Source of the DNA: Narcine bancroftii
Lineage: Eukaryota
Direction of reading: 5' to 3'
Assembly: GCF_036971445.1 (NCBI RefSeq)
Contig: NC_091472.1
Span: 241,428,001-241,492,000 of the forward strand
Length of the DNA: 64,000 nt
Below are positions 11,761-24,296 of this stretch, piece by piece (the stretch's first letter is position 1; each line of letters opens with the position of its first letter). A program made the translations under genes and the position numbers. The notes under the pieces are model-generated. The model saw nothing but the letters and a program-made list of their open reading frames with translations, did not search any database and had not been told where the DNA came from.

Positions 11761-12703
11761 GCATTCAGTAATGGAGGAGTTACATGGAAAATATTTTATT
11801 CAATATATTCCTAATGTCAGCTGTACTATAAATTGGTCACTTGCAAAAAGAATGCATTTTTTTTAAAAACGTCAATCAAGGAAGAATTATTTCTTCTGTC
11901 TTAAACAAGACTCCTGAACAACACTTATTCAGAGACTAGTTTAATAACTCATTCTTTCCTCATTATTTATTACTGAATATTTGTACTTCTGTATTTGCAG
12001 TTTGTTTAGTTCTTGAGTTCAGTTTACAATTACTGGTGATGAGATGTTCTGCCTGGCCTACTGTAAAAAAAATCTCATGTATATGTCATGTATGTAGTCT
12101 GACAAGAAATTTTAACTTTGAAGTTCCTTAGTCAAACTCACCTCTACTAATGATTCATCCAACTATTCTCATTCTTTAGCTAATGTACATAAAGAGTTAA
12201 AAATGCAGCCTTTGTAATGGTTGTGGCTTCATCATTGCTTAAAAATAAATGCAAGGTGAATCTGTAACAAACATTGCCAAAGATGGTGTGGACGACTAGG
12301 ATTCAAACTGAATTATCCTCTGTTTAAGTAGGAATCAAAAATATCAGAAGTGTTTTATCATTTTCATTACATTGCAAAAATTTTAAAAATAAATAAATCA
12401 TGGTCCTCCAATGCATATCTTGAAAAATTCATAAGGCTACTATCTAAATAAGGGTACCCAACAAGATGTTAGAAATAAAAGGACAATGAAAATTGTAATT
12501 TTAATACACATGTGTACGATTTTTGTTTTACACTGCAGTTTAAGGAATCATGCTTGCAAACCTGTTAGTGCAGTCCAAAATCTGAATAAATATTCATCAA
12601 GTCTGTGGGAGATCACAGGGAAGGTGTAGGTTTGATTTAAAAAGCAAAACTACAATTTTTCAACCAGCAAAATAAAATTATGAATTCTCAAAGAACTCCA
12701 TGC

Positions 12704-13039
12704 CTTGTTTTTCAGTTTGTCAATTTCCTCTTCTGATCTGCAGTGAGATACTGCTTCAGCCCACTGAAATCTCTCTTCCGCAGTTCTTTCAGTAAGAATG
12801 TCGAATGTTTCAAAATACAGCCATGCCAAATTCTCAGCAAGCTGCAACTTTCCACAGGCAATGTGCCTCCACATAGGCCAGGAAAGCCTTGGATAGCCAT
12901 CGTCCCCTCCTTTGTATCGAACGTATGTTGCCATCTTTCGAAGGTAGTGCATGCTGAATTTTGAAGGAGATGGAATCTGCAAGACCCCAACAACGAAGGT
13001 TTCATATTTTACCCAAAGTCGGACACTCGGTTTCTCCAT
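12704..13039 (-). CDS. TBCCD1: TBCCD1 first coding exon (336 nt coding; acceptor 2 nt before the ATG; probable GC donor)
   Basis: MEKPSVRLWVKYETFVVGVLQIPSPSKFSMHYLRKMATYVR...YPRLSWPMWRHIACGKLQLAENLAWLYFETFD...KLKNK; tttacacag|AAATG. Homology ends at AAG|gcatgg. Confidence 0.92.
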
Positions 13040-13879
13040 TTCTGTGTAAAAGGAAATATTTTAATGCACAGGGATCACTTTGTTATACCAATAGTAGCTT
13101 AAATGTGCTTCTATTTCAAAAAGAATAATGAGAAGGACATAAAGGACAGCAATAGCAGCAGCTGGAGTTTCCTGTGCCTCTTCCCCCACCCCCATTTTAG
13201 AAAAAGGAAGCACCTTGCTTCAAAAAGAAACACAGAGGTGCAGATGCTAGAATCTTGAACAAAGAACTGCTGGGGGAACTAAGCAGGTTAGATAACATTC
13301 ATTCATGGACAGAAAAGTTTCAAGGGTCCTGACCTGAGAGCATGCTGTAGAGAATGGTAATGTGTGGGGGCATTTTGAGATCAAGAAGTAGTGGTGGCAA
13401 GGAAATGTATTGCATTTACTTGGAAATCAATTTTTTGTTTGGGAATGGCAAGATGGAATGCTGAAATTCAAAGCTGTATTCCCTTGTAAAGAAAAAAAAA
13501 AATCACATATAGTTTGAGGAATAAACATGCTATGTTTTTGCAAATTTGGCACCAGTATACTCAAATATTAGGTTTAAATTTATAAAATTGCTCTTACCTG
13601 CAAGAATCTCCTCTGAATTATCTCAATTAATTTTTTTAATGTGTGTAAGGCAGCATCCCAATGTGCAATCCTGAAAATTCTCTTTTTCCTTTCTATTATT
13701 ATATAACTATATTATTCATTTTATATTGGTTATTTTGAGGGAGGCAGAGTTGGATAAATACCATCTTGTATGTCATTTTTAATTTATTTTCTTTTTAGAA
13801 TATTAAATCTTGATTACTACATGTATGTAAAATTTTTTAAATATGATGTTAAAAAAAGAAGTGGTGCTGGGTCTTTTGA

Positions 13880-15715
13880 AGAGCATGAAGGAGAAGTCCC
13901 TAGGGTCTGATGGAATACATCTCAGGTTAATGAAAGAAGTGAAGAGACTGCTGGGACATTGACAAAGATCTTAGTATCCTCAAGAGCAACATGCAAGATC
14001 CCAGAGGAATGAAGATTAGCCATTTTTCAAAAAGGGAAATGGGTTTAATCCAGGAAATTATAGGACAGTCAGCATCATATCTAGAGGACATGGGTTAAGG
14101 ATGAAAGGAGTAATGTTTAAAGGAAACATTAGGGGGAACTTCACGCAGAGAGTGGTGAGACTGTTGGAATGAGCTGCAAGATGAAGTGGTGAATGTGGGC
14201 TCAATTTTGACAGTGAAGAAAAATACAGATAGGATGGGAGGAGTATGGACAGATATGGTCCAGGTGCAAGTCAATGAGATTAGATGGCAAGAAGGGCCTG
14301 TTTCTATGCTGCAGTGGGATGGAAGCTCTTGGAAAAGTTACAGAGATAGGATTTATGCACATTTGGAAAGACATGGACACATTAGGTACATTCAGCATGG
14401 CTTTGTGTAGGGCAGAACACGTCTTACAAGTTTGATTGATTTTTTTTGAGGAGGTGACAAAGATAGATGATGAGGGTAGGGCAGTAGATTTTTCTGTATT
14501 GACTTTAGTAAAGCATTTGATATGTTCCCTCATAGTAGGATGATCCAGAAGGTACAGATGCATGGAATCCATGATTAATTTTTAGTTTGGATTCAGAATT
14601 GATAGGACCATAGAAGACAGATAATGATGGAAGGGTGTTATTCAGCCTGAAGGCCCATGACCAATAGTGTTCTGCAGAGTTCAAACATGTGTTTATGATT
14701 GATATAAATGATCTGGATGTAAAAGTAGTAAGTTTGCAGAAGATACCAAGATTGGTGGATCTGTGAACAGTTCCAGATACAAGTTCAGATATGAGTGGAG
14801 AAATAAAAAATAGAGTTTAATCTGGAAAAATTTGGGAGCTGCACTTTAGGAAGTAAAAAAAAATGTAAGGAAAAGGTATACAGTTAATAGCAGGATGCTT
14901 AAAGGCATTGATGGTCACGCAAGTATGGTGGTAAAGAAAGCATATGGCATGCTTAGATTCATCACTGGGGCAGAGGCCAGCGTAGCTAACATAGAGGTTA
15001 CCGCAATGTTATTACAGTGCTAGTGACCCAGTTCGAATCTGGGACTGTCTCCAAGGAGTTTGTACATTCTCCCCTTGTCTGCCTTCCTCCCACATTCAAA
15101 AAAGTGCACACGTTAGCGGGTTAATTATTCACATTGGTATTTGCGGGACGTGGGCTGGAAGGGCCTATTTTCGTGCTGAATTCCTAAATTTAAATTAAAT
15201 AAGAGTAAGGAAGTCCTGTTTCAGCTGTATAAACCGTTGGTTCGGCCAATCCATTGAAGGATGTGGAGGCTTTGGAAAGTGTACAGAAGAGATTTACCAT
15301 GTTGTTGTCTGGATTAGAAAGTATGAGCTATAAGGAGAGGTTTATGAAGCTTGTTTTTTCTGGAGCATCAAAGTTTTCAAATTATGAGGCATTGATAGGG
15401 TAGACAGAATCATTTTCCCAGGTTAAAATGTTAGATACTGAACCATTTAAGGTGAGGGGTGGCAGTTTCAAGATGTGCAAGGTAGGTTTTTTTTAAATTA
15501 AACAAAGAGTGGCATCTGGAACTGGCTGCCAGGGATAAAGATGGAAGCAGATAGAATTGTAGCATTTAAAAGGCTTCCAGACAGACACATGAATATGCAG
15601 TGTAGAGAGGGATATGTAACATGTACAAGTAGCAAAGTTTTAGCTTAAATTGGGCATCATGTTTGGTGCAGACCCATGCACAAGGGACCTAATCCAGTGT
15701 GTACTGTTCTATATT
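13880..15715 (+). mobile_element. Degraded CR1 LINE fragments with a nested tRNA-SINE (~14975-15200)
   Basis: QHGFV, FFEEVTK..DEGRAVD and DFSKAFD-type RT remnants with a CR1-like 3' end. SINE core ctgtctccaaggagtttgtacattctcccc. Confidence 0.75.
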
Positions 15716-16559
15716 CACATAATTATAAAATTAAACATAAAAATATTGTATTCAACTCCAAATGAAGAACTCAACTAATTCTATTGTACTATAAAACCTA
15801 GTTATTTCCTTTAGCTTTGTCTACAGATAATCTTGAAAAAACATTTCAAAACAAAAATATACGTAATTTCAGTAGTAACACCATATTCAATTATTACACA
15901 GCAAGTGTTCAAAAACTGCACAGTAGCCAGTCTTAACCAACGCCTTCGTTATAATAATTGCTGGTAGTTATTTGCTTTTTAATGATGCAGAGCAGGTCCA
16001 ACATGTGATTTGACATTTTCACTTTTTTTAAAAGAAAACGTTCACAAAACAACATTAAAGATAAACTTTGGATGCCAAGAGTTTGTAACATCATTACAAA
16101 ATACAAAAAAAATGATAGTACTATTGTTAAGACAGCCCTACCGTGGATTAGAGACGGGGAGAGGGGGGGTGCAGAGAGACAACGCTTCTCCGTGGGGTCC
16201 CACTGCACGGTACTTGTGCCAATAATTTTGAATGGAGTAAGTTTTTTTTAACAATCAATTAAACCAGGGAAGTGCATGTTCAAAAGATGCTTGCTAGCTA
16301 ACTACGAGGATTGCCAGACACCCGGGTGCTGGTCAGTAGACTGATGCAGGGCACCACAGCAGGACATCCACGCCCCTTGAAGGAGATGACTCTGGGGGGA
16401 GGGCAGTGAAGGGCTGCGGAGGAGGAGGATTCACACCAGACCGCGGGCTGCACGGGTGGGAATGTGTGAGAGCCCTCAGGCGCTGAGAGCTTCCTCATCG
16501 TCTGGGAGATCGTGTTGACTGCTGGAGCTGACAGGAGGCAGCACGGCTGCAGAGGTCCC

Positions 16560-17110
16560 GGCAGAACAGGAAGCGAAGCCATGGGCACTCGGCGCCTCTG
16601 CCTCCCCGTTCACTTCCCGGCGGGGTCGGGCTGGGGGCGCCTCATTGTCCATCTTTACCGCACATGACATAAAGGAATACAGGAGTGACATAACCGGGGT
16701 TTGACCAAAGTTCTAATTGTTGAGGCCTTTGGGGGGGGGGTCTGGGACTTGAACCCGCGCCCCCTTGACCCGGTGAAGGGAGCGGGAAGAGTTGACGGAG
16801 CCCCAGCAGCGCCCCCCACCCCAACGGTCGCCCGACACGGTGCGCACTCTCTCCGCGGCCTCACAAGCCCTGCACGACGAGCAGGTGGCTCCTTGCCGAC
16901 CCCCGGTGCAACGGCCTCGCTGTCTGTCCCGCCGCCGCTCGTTCGCTCGCTCTCCGCAGCTCCGGCCGGGCGCTTTCGCGCAGGCGCGCGAGGGCAGTCA
17001 AGAAGTAGCGCATGCGTTCGCGTTCTCCCGTTGGCGGGAGAGCCACTGCTTCTCAACTCGCCAACTGAGCGGGTAGTTACAAATGTCCATCGACGAACAT
17101 AAACCCGTAG
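16560..17110 (-). promoter_or_regulatory. CpG island; probable TBCCD1 promoter and non-coding exon 1
   Basis: CpG-dense segment upstream of the first coding exon, which starts with a splice acceptor. NRF1-like GCGCATGCG at 17008-17016, E2F-like TTGGCGGGA at 17031-17039, candidate minus-strand donor GTGAGG at 16864-16859. Confidence 0.65.
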
Positions 17111-17814
17111 GAGTTTCCTTGTGGGCCCTGGAGGGGCTGATGCGGCACACAAACACAAGAAGGGCAGGAGTTATAGGATGGGTGGGTCGACTGTGAGGTG
17201 GCAGACTTTTACCTTTTAATTCAGGATCCTGGATTCATGGTTCTCAGCATTAACTTGAATGCTTCTTTACTACACTAACTGATGGTGCGCCAAGGATTCC
17301 GAGGAGTTGGCACGAATGTTGCACATTTTCAATGAATATTGGAGAGCATCCTTTAATTTCATTTTCCCCTTTCCGCTTAATAATATTTTACCACTGCAAT
17401 GGAGTGTGGCAAGAGTGGCATTTGGACATGAAAGTAAGGCAGCCTATCCATTGAATGTAATTCTGTCCTCAAATCTGGGAATTTTGGTGTGGGAGAGAAC
17501 ACTTTTTCATGCAAGTAGATTTAGAAGATTTTTGGAGACATCACTAGTGCTTTCATGTGTCTATCCTCAGAAGTCTACAGACGGGCATAATAGGCAGACA
17601 TCAATGGGACAGGACTTATTGACTAGTCAGAATCATTCAGAAAGCCCATTCTGATGTTACACTGTTTTAATGAAACATTAAGTGCGTAGATGCTGTCTGA
17701 TCCACTGTTTTTTTTTCAGCATTGTCATTCTTTTAGAAATGTTATATCTTCAGTATTTACAAAGCTTTCACTTTTTGATAATGCTCTGTGTTCTATGTAT
17801 ACCCAATCTATATC

Positions 17815-18454
17815 TACTGTATATATTCGTGTAAAAGTCAATACTGTGTAAAAGTCGACCTCCCTATTTTTGGCTAAAAAATTTGGTATTTTCCAAATAT
17901 TGCGTGTAAAAGTCACCCACCCCCCCCCCCGCCCCATTTTTGGCAATGGCCACCTGCCCATCCTAGCCACCGATGCCTCGACTCCAGACTCTCGCCTAGA
18001 CCTGCCTATCAAAACTCCCAATGTGGGCTCATGCCTAGGCCCCAGCCATCTACTCATTGGAACTCCCGACACCTCCAACGTGAACTTATGCCAAGGCCCT
18101 GGACACTTGCCCATCAGAGCTCCCAATGCCTAGGCCCTGATCACCCACCCATTGGAACTCCTGACACCTCTAGCACAGGCTCATGCCAAAGCCCCAGTTG
18201 CTCGCCCATTGGAGTTCCCAATGTCACAAATGTGTACTTACAAGCTGCTCGTCCACAATCAGAGCTCCCGGCACCTCGAACGCAGACTTACCACCAGGTC
18301 TCGGTCAGCTGCCTGAACATCAAAACTCCCAACACTGAGAATTATGCAGGTACATACCATGATCAAAAGTAGTATCCATGTAATAGTCAATTCTATAAAT
18401 TTAATGTTAAAAATGGTCTTAAAAACTTGATTTTTGCATGAATATTATATGGTA
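17815..18454. mobile_element. Non-autonomous Tc1/mariner-type element with internal degenerate tandem repeats
   Basis: Imperfect TIRs (tactgtatatattcgtgtaaaagtcaa vs ttgatttttgcatgaatattatatggta). Repeated tgcc.aggccc...cattggaactccc units at ~17990-18330. Confidence 0.55.
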
Positions 18455-18719
18455 TCCGGTATAATTGTTGTATTTGCAATGTAATCCAATCAAAATGTTT
18501 GCATTAATCACAAATTTATAGACATTGATATAAGGATTATGGAATTTTTCATGGCAGATTGATAAAGATGATGTGCATTGGGATATTTGCCAGAGGATGC
18601 AAAATCTAACAAAACAAAATTCTGTAGAATGGATGTAGGGAAGATATTTCTCCTTCCTGAGGAATCCAGAAACAGGGGCTACATTCTCAGGATAAGTCTC
18701 ATGATCGGAAGCTTCTTCA

Positions 18720-18968
18720 CTCCGTACATAATAAATCTTCCACATTTTTTTCCATTTCTTTCCCCCTCCCACATATTCACCTGTGATCTGCCAACCTGGG
18801 CTCCACCCCCTCCTTTTTATTTGGGAATCTGTCCATTTTTGCTATTCCTGATGAAGGGGTTTGGCCCGAAATGTTAACTATCTATTGGATTCCATGATGC
18901 TGCCTGATCCGTTGAGTTCCTCCTGCATTTTGTGTGTTGTGCAATATTCCAGCATCTGCAGACTCTCT
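18720..18968 (+). mobile_element. Penelope-like terminal fragment with hammerhead-like core
   Basis: ctgatgaaggggtttggcccgaaa at 18848-18871, followed by gatgctgcctga...gagttcctcc...ccagcatctgcagac. Confidence 0.65.
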
Positions 18969-19629
18969 TGGTCTTTGGAATTCTCTGGCTGGAGAGCTCT
19001 GGAGGTTCAATCATTTGGGTTAATTAAAAGCAGAGATTGATACTTTTCTAGATCTTAAGGAAAATGATTAATACTGATTTAAATCTGTTAAGTACAGTTG
19101 TTTATTTCCGCCAGGCATAGAGGACACCATTACAAGGAGGCACCTGGTAAAACAAGGTGTAAAACACCTGAAATTAAAAGCATACATTCTGAAAATCTGC
19201 ATCTACATCTGTTCATAAATGTTCATGTAAGAGCCCACTGTTAAATAGCAAATGCTTTTTTTGCAAATGTAAATAAATTGTCTTGGTCATTTTCACATTT
19301 TTCTATTGTACTGTTATTTCCTCCTAATAATAAAATGATCAGAGATACACATGAAAATTATAATTTTGTTTATTAATCAAATGTAACTTTATATGTTTTT
19401 ACGTTAAAAACAAAAATGGTTTGAAAAGTCAAATCAACATAATTTATATTGTTCTTAATATATCAGTCTTCCAAAATATTTCATGATGTTGTAGTAGGAA
19501 AATATGAAGAAATTAGGAAAGGAGTGGAGAAATAGACAGATAGTTGGGATGCTTTGAGGAGTAAAGAGAAGTTGCACAGCCTATGAATTTGGGGAAATAG
19601 TAAATGGTGTGATAATTCCATAATGTGGA

Positions 19630-20362
19630 ATAGTAAATCTCAGGGTGAGAATAGAAATACACAGTGAAGAAACTCAGCTGGTCACGCAGCATCCATCAGT
19701 AGCAAAAGTATATAACCAACTTTTCGGGCCTGAGCCCTTTGTCATGGTATGTGCAGAAGACGCCTGAATAAAAAAGTGAGGGAAGGAGGGAGGGAAGAAG
19801 GGGCAGGGGTAGTTGAACAGGCCGAGAGATATAAGGGTGTGAGGGCAGAAGAGTTAAAAAAAAGATGAGAAGTGTTAGGGGGAGAAGTAACTCTCTGAAT
19901 GGAGAAGGAAGAGAATGGGGAGCTGGAGGAAAGGAGACAGGGATGGGGGGGGGGGGGGGTTGGAGAGAGAGGGGGAGTGGCCCAACAGAAAGTGGTGAAG
20001 TTGATGTTAATGCTGAATATTAGGGGTTTTCCTCCAATTTGCAGGTGCACTCAGTTTGGAGTGCGTGAGGGATGCACAGACATGTTGATGTAGAAATGAA
20101 ATGGTTGGTCTCTGTTATTGGAGCAGACAGAGCCAAAGTGAACAACGAAGCAATCTCCCAGTCTGTGGCACTCTCTCTGAAGTAGAGAAGGCCACAATGA
20201 GAACAGCATATGCAGTAGATGACCCCTGCAGATTCACAAATGAAGTGCTGCTTCACTTGGAAGGACTGTTTAGGGTCCTGAATGGTGGTGAGGGAGATGG
20301 TGTGCGCACAAATGTAGCATTTCCTACGGTCACATGGAGAGGTGCTGAGGGGTCAATTGGTG
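19630..20362 (-). mobile_element. Penelope-like fragment (GIY-YIG endonuclease remnant plus terminus)
   Basis: KQHFICESAGVIYCICCSHCGLLYF is a VIY..LYIGET-type motif. Same terminal module as 10488-10611. Confidence 0.75.
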
Positions 20363-20371
20363 TTAATATAG

Positions 20372-21820
20372 TCGCGCAAACAGAGGAACTACTGACATGG
20401 TCTTTGCCCTCAGACAGCTCCAAGAAAAGTGCAGAGAACAAAACAAAGGACTCTACATCACCTTTGTTGACCTCACCAAAGCCTTTGACACTGTGAGCAG
20501 GAAAGGGCTTTGGCAAATACTAGAGTGCATCGGATGCCCCCCAAAGTTCCCCAACATGGTTATCCAACTGCACGAAAACCAACAAGGTCGGGTCAGATAC
20601 AGCAATGAGCTCTCTGAACCCTTCTCCATAAACAATGGCATGAAGCAAGGCTGCGTTCTCGCACCAACCCTCTTTTCAATCTTCAGCATGATGCTGAACC
20701 AAGCCATGAAAGACCTCAACAATGAAGACGCTGTTTACATCCGGTACCGCACGGATGGCAGTCTCTTCAATCTGAGGCACCTGAAAGCTCACACCAAGAC
20801 ACAAGAGCAACTTGTCCGTGAACTACTCTTTGCAGATGATGCCGCTTTAGTTGCCCATTCAGAGCCACCTCTTCAGCGCTTGACGTCCTGTTTTGCGGAA
20901 ACTGCCAAAATGTTTGGCCTGGAAGTCAGCCTGAAGAAAACGGAGGTCCTCCATCAGCCAGCTCCCCACCATGACTACCAGCACCCCCACATCTCCATCG
21001 GGCACACAAAACTCAAAACGGTCAACCAGTTTACCTATCTCGGCTGCACTATTTCATCGGATGCAAGGATCGACAACGAGATAGACAACAGACTCGCCAA
21101 GGCAAATAGCGCCTTTGGAAGACTACACAGAGTCTGGAAAAACAACCAACTGAAAAACCGCTCAAAGATAAGCGTATACAGAGCCGTTGTCATACCCACA
21201 CTCCTGTTTGGCTCCGAATCATGGGTCCTCTACCAGCATCACCAACGGCTCCTAGAATGCTTCCACCAGCGTTGTCTCCGCTCCATCCTCAACATTCATT
21301 GGAGCGACTTCATCCCTAACATCGAAGTACTCGAGATGGCAGAGGCCGACAGCATCGAATCCATGCTGTTGAAGATCCAACTGCGCTGGGTAGGTCACGT
21401 CTGCAGAATGGAGGACCATCGCCTTCCCAAGATCGTGTTATATGGCGAGCTCTCCACTGGCCATCGTGTCAGAGGTGCACCAAAGAAGAGATACAAGGAC
21501 TACCTAAAGAAATCTCTTGGTGCCTGCCACATTGACCACCGCCAGTGGGCTGATATCGCCTCAAACCGTGCATCTGGGCGCCTCACAGTTCGGCTGGCAG
21601 CAACCTCCTTTGAAGAAGACCGTAGAGCCCACCTCATTGACAAAAGGCAAAGGAGGAAAAACCCAACACCCAACCCCAACCAACCAATTTTCCCCTGCAA
21701 CCGCTGCAACCGTGTCTGCCTGTCCCGCATTGGACTTGTCAGTCACAAGCGAGCCTGCAGCTGACGTGGACATTTACCCCTCCGTAAATCTTCGTCCGCG
21801 AAGCCAAGCCAAAGAAGAAG
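20372..21820 (+). mobile_element. 5'-truncated RTE-clade LINE with an open RT and C-terminal ORF (20397-21764)
   Basis: FVDLTKAFDTVSR, QGCVLAPTLF, LLFADD, FTYLG, LRWVGHV, C-terminal CNRC..HKRAC; short 3'UTR ending ccaagccaaagaagaag. Confidence 0.92.
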
Positions 21821-21829
21821 TCAGGATAA

Positions 21830-22320
21830 TGTGAACTATTTTGTAATTGTGTAAAAATACACCCTTCTCTTTGCTGTGGGTGGGTCTGCATAGGTAAGGA
21901 TTTCATTTGCATCTTCGTGACTTCGAAGACTCTGGCTGTGTCTATAGCTTCGGCCAGCTTCAAGCTATCCTTCCCTATAAGAGGCTTTGCACTTCAGGCT
22001 GGGCACTCCCCCATATTAGTTGATCAACTAATCTTTCCTCTATATCCTTAAATCTGCATATTGCAGTAACAATTTTTAGTCTAGTGAGGAAGTTATCAAC
22101 AGTTTCATCAGTCTCTTGAATTAAGCTGTGAAATTCATAGTGTTTGTGTTGATGTGCCATTACACCACTGGGTCACCAGGGGACACCACCTGACGACTCT
22201 GTATATAAAGCTCCTCCTGACCTGAGCTTGCACAGAGGCAAGATCTATCTGTATATATCACTCTATTAAAGCCTGCATTTAACCTTCACTCTGCTTCGTG
22301 TGGTTGATGTCAGTCACAGT
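21830..22320 (-). mobile_element. Gypsy-type gag remnant with an adjacent LTR-like fragment
   Basis: QETDETVDNFLTRLKIVTAICRFKDIEERLVDQLIWG and KLAEAIDTARVFE are typical of retrotransposon gag. TATATAAA/ATTAAA/..ACA segment at 22200-22318. Confidence 0.65.
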
Positions 22321-22691
22321 GTTTAATTCTATGATTGGACCTGGGTTCAAGGTGAGAAGCAAACTTTGCAAACATCTGCTCTAGTTCATTTTTATTCACC
22401 TCTGTAAGCTCCCAGCTATTAAATAAGTTAAGGCCTCACTCCTCTGTCCAGAGAAGAATATAACTGACCTTCGCCTCTGCTGTTGGATTTTTAAAGTAGC
22501 TTTTGAATGCTAAATTGCACTTCTGCTGAAACTTTTTAAATGATTCTTCAATGTCTTCAGCCTCCCCGTCCATCATCTGCTGTTGCTTCAGCCATTTTTT
22601 TCAGTCATTTTTTTTCTCTTTCCCCTTTGTATTTCAGTGACACATTCAATTGTATGGCTTTACTCTTGTTCTCTTCTACCGCCGCCACCAC

Positions 22692-22771
22692 GTTAAATCT
22701 CTGTTACTTGGGAGGCTTCTTAAATAACTGAGTTAAATCTCTGTGTTACTTGGGAGGCTTCTTAAATAACT
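22692..22771. repeat. Tandem duplication of ~38-40 bp
   Basis: gttaaatctctg(tg)ttacttgggaggcttcttaaataact at 22692-22729 and 22732-22771. Confidence 0.9.
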
Positions 22772-22923
22772 TAGAGATGCACGATTCAAATAACAAAAGA
22801 AACTTTACTTACCACCATCTCAGGAAACTGTTCAAACACCTATACATACGCCCCACAGTGGTGCACTGCAGTTACTATCAGTGAGAAGGGTGGATTCTTA
22901 TGTTATTACAAAATAGTTCACGT

Positions 22924-23465
22924 TGTAAGAAACAGAAGTACCTTCACAGATTTCGCTCGAGACAAAAATTGAGAACAAAGAACATTTATTGTACATCAGT
23001 GCAAAGTTGGGTGCTTCCCCTTACCCTGGGAATGCACACAGATACTGGGGCTCACCCAACTTTTATACAGTTCATTTCAGTGTAGAGATCCCCCGCCTTA
23101 ACATTCTTCTGCCTCCTGGATTGGTTTCGCATTTGGTAATTCTGTCTGCCTACGTCCAGTTTCTGTAAACTTGGAAGACCATGGGGGTATCCTGTCTGGG
23201 TCCCATCATGTCATTGTCCTTATTCATGAATCTGCCTTTGTCCTTATTCACACCTCTCAACCCCCAGGATTCGATATGCAGAACCTGCGAATTCTTTCTA
23301 TCACCTTTCTTCTATTGTACTTGAGTAACCCTTCCTCACACTCCTATCGGAATTCTGCACTTACTTAACTTCCTCTAGTCTAGTCTATTATTCTTTATTT
23401 TATTCATACTAACTTTACTTCCTATAATCTATTATCTCTCGCAATATTATCCTGAATGTATAACA
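22924..23465 (-). mobile_element. Putative solo LTR (542 bp)
   Basis: TG...CA ends (TGTAA/TAACA). Minus-strand TATAAAA (23061-23067) precedes AATAAA (22985-22990). No clean TSD. Confidence 0.45.
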
Positions 23466-23534
23466 GGTGGGAAGGGAGTAACAGTGGACCCTGTGGAAAA
23501 TGGTGAGGCCAGGCCCAGTGGTTTTAATGTCAAT

Positions 23535-23692
23535 CCAACACCCAACCCCAACCAACCAATTTTCCCTTGCAACCGCTGCAACCGTGTCTGCCTGTCCCGC
23601 ATCGGACTTGTCAGCCACAAACGAGCCTGCAGCTGACGTGGACTTTTTACCCCCTCCATAAATCTTCGTCCACGAAGCCAAGCCAAAGAAGA
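23535..23692 (+). mobile_element. Short 3' fragment of the same RTE family
   Basis: Near-identical to ~21663-21818. Confidence 0.92.
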
Positions 23693-24049
23693 TCTGTTTT
23701 AAATGGATGACCTCGCCCTCAGAAAATGCAACTGTTCTCTCCTTCATGGCTGAGTAATATTATGGTTAATGCCTTATGCACCTTCATAATGTGTTCAATT
23801 TCCTTCAAACTTTTATATTATTGCCATGTTTTCCAGAAATATGGCAAAATGTTACAAAGGTAAAAGATTGCGTCGGGCAACAACTATTCTCACTTTGTGA
23901 TCTTATTGACTGAATGAGTTTTGGATATTTTTAAACAAATTGTCATATTTATGTACAAACTTTTTTGTGATTCAAATTGATAAGTATCAAGAGGCATAAA
24001 TTTTGCATCAAAAACTTCCAGGTAAATGAAAGAAAATAGGTTTTCTTTT

Positions 24050-24296
24050 GAGTGTTTCGTGACGCCGGCCCCATTTGTGAAAACACAAAAGGTCTCCTCC
24101 TCCTCCTTTCTTTCAGCCAACCACCTCATCTGCAAATTGGAGTCCGCCCCTCGTCCGCCATGAGGAAGCGCTGATGCCGTTGACGTGCTCCCGCCGGTAG
24201 TTGCCGCTCGCAACGAGCAAGTTGAGCAGCCGAGGGAAGGGGGGGTGGCGGCCGGGGGGGTGGGGGGAGAGAGGAGGCCGGTGAAAAGTGGGCAGC
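24050..24296 (+). promoter_or_regulatory. DNAJB11 CpG-island promoter and 5'UTR
   Basis: CpG-rich; ATTGG at 24136-24140, GC box CCGCCCC at 24144-24150, TGACGTG at 24181-24187. Confidence 0.65.

Noticed and set aside
16298-17158. Cluster of overlapping Pro/Arg/Ala-rich ORFs
   Set aside because: Expected from stop-codon depletion in a CpG island; no domain signature.
17990-18330. Repeat-spacer-like pattern resembling a CRISPR array
   Set aside because: Units are degenerate and variable, lie inside a eukaryotic MITE, and there are no cas genes.
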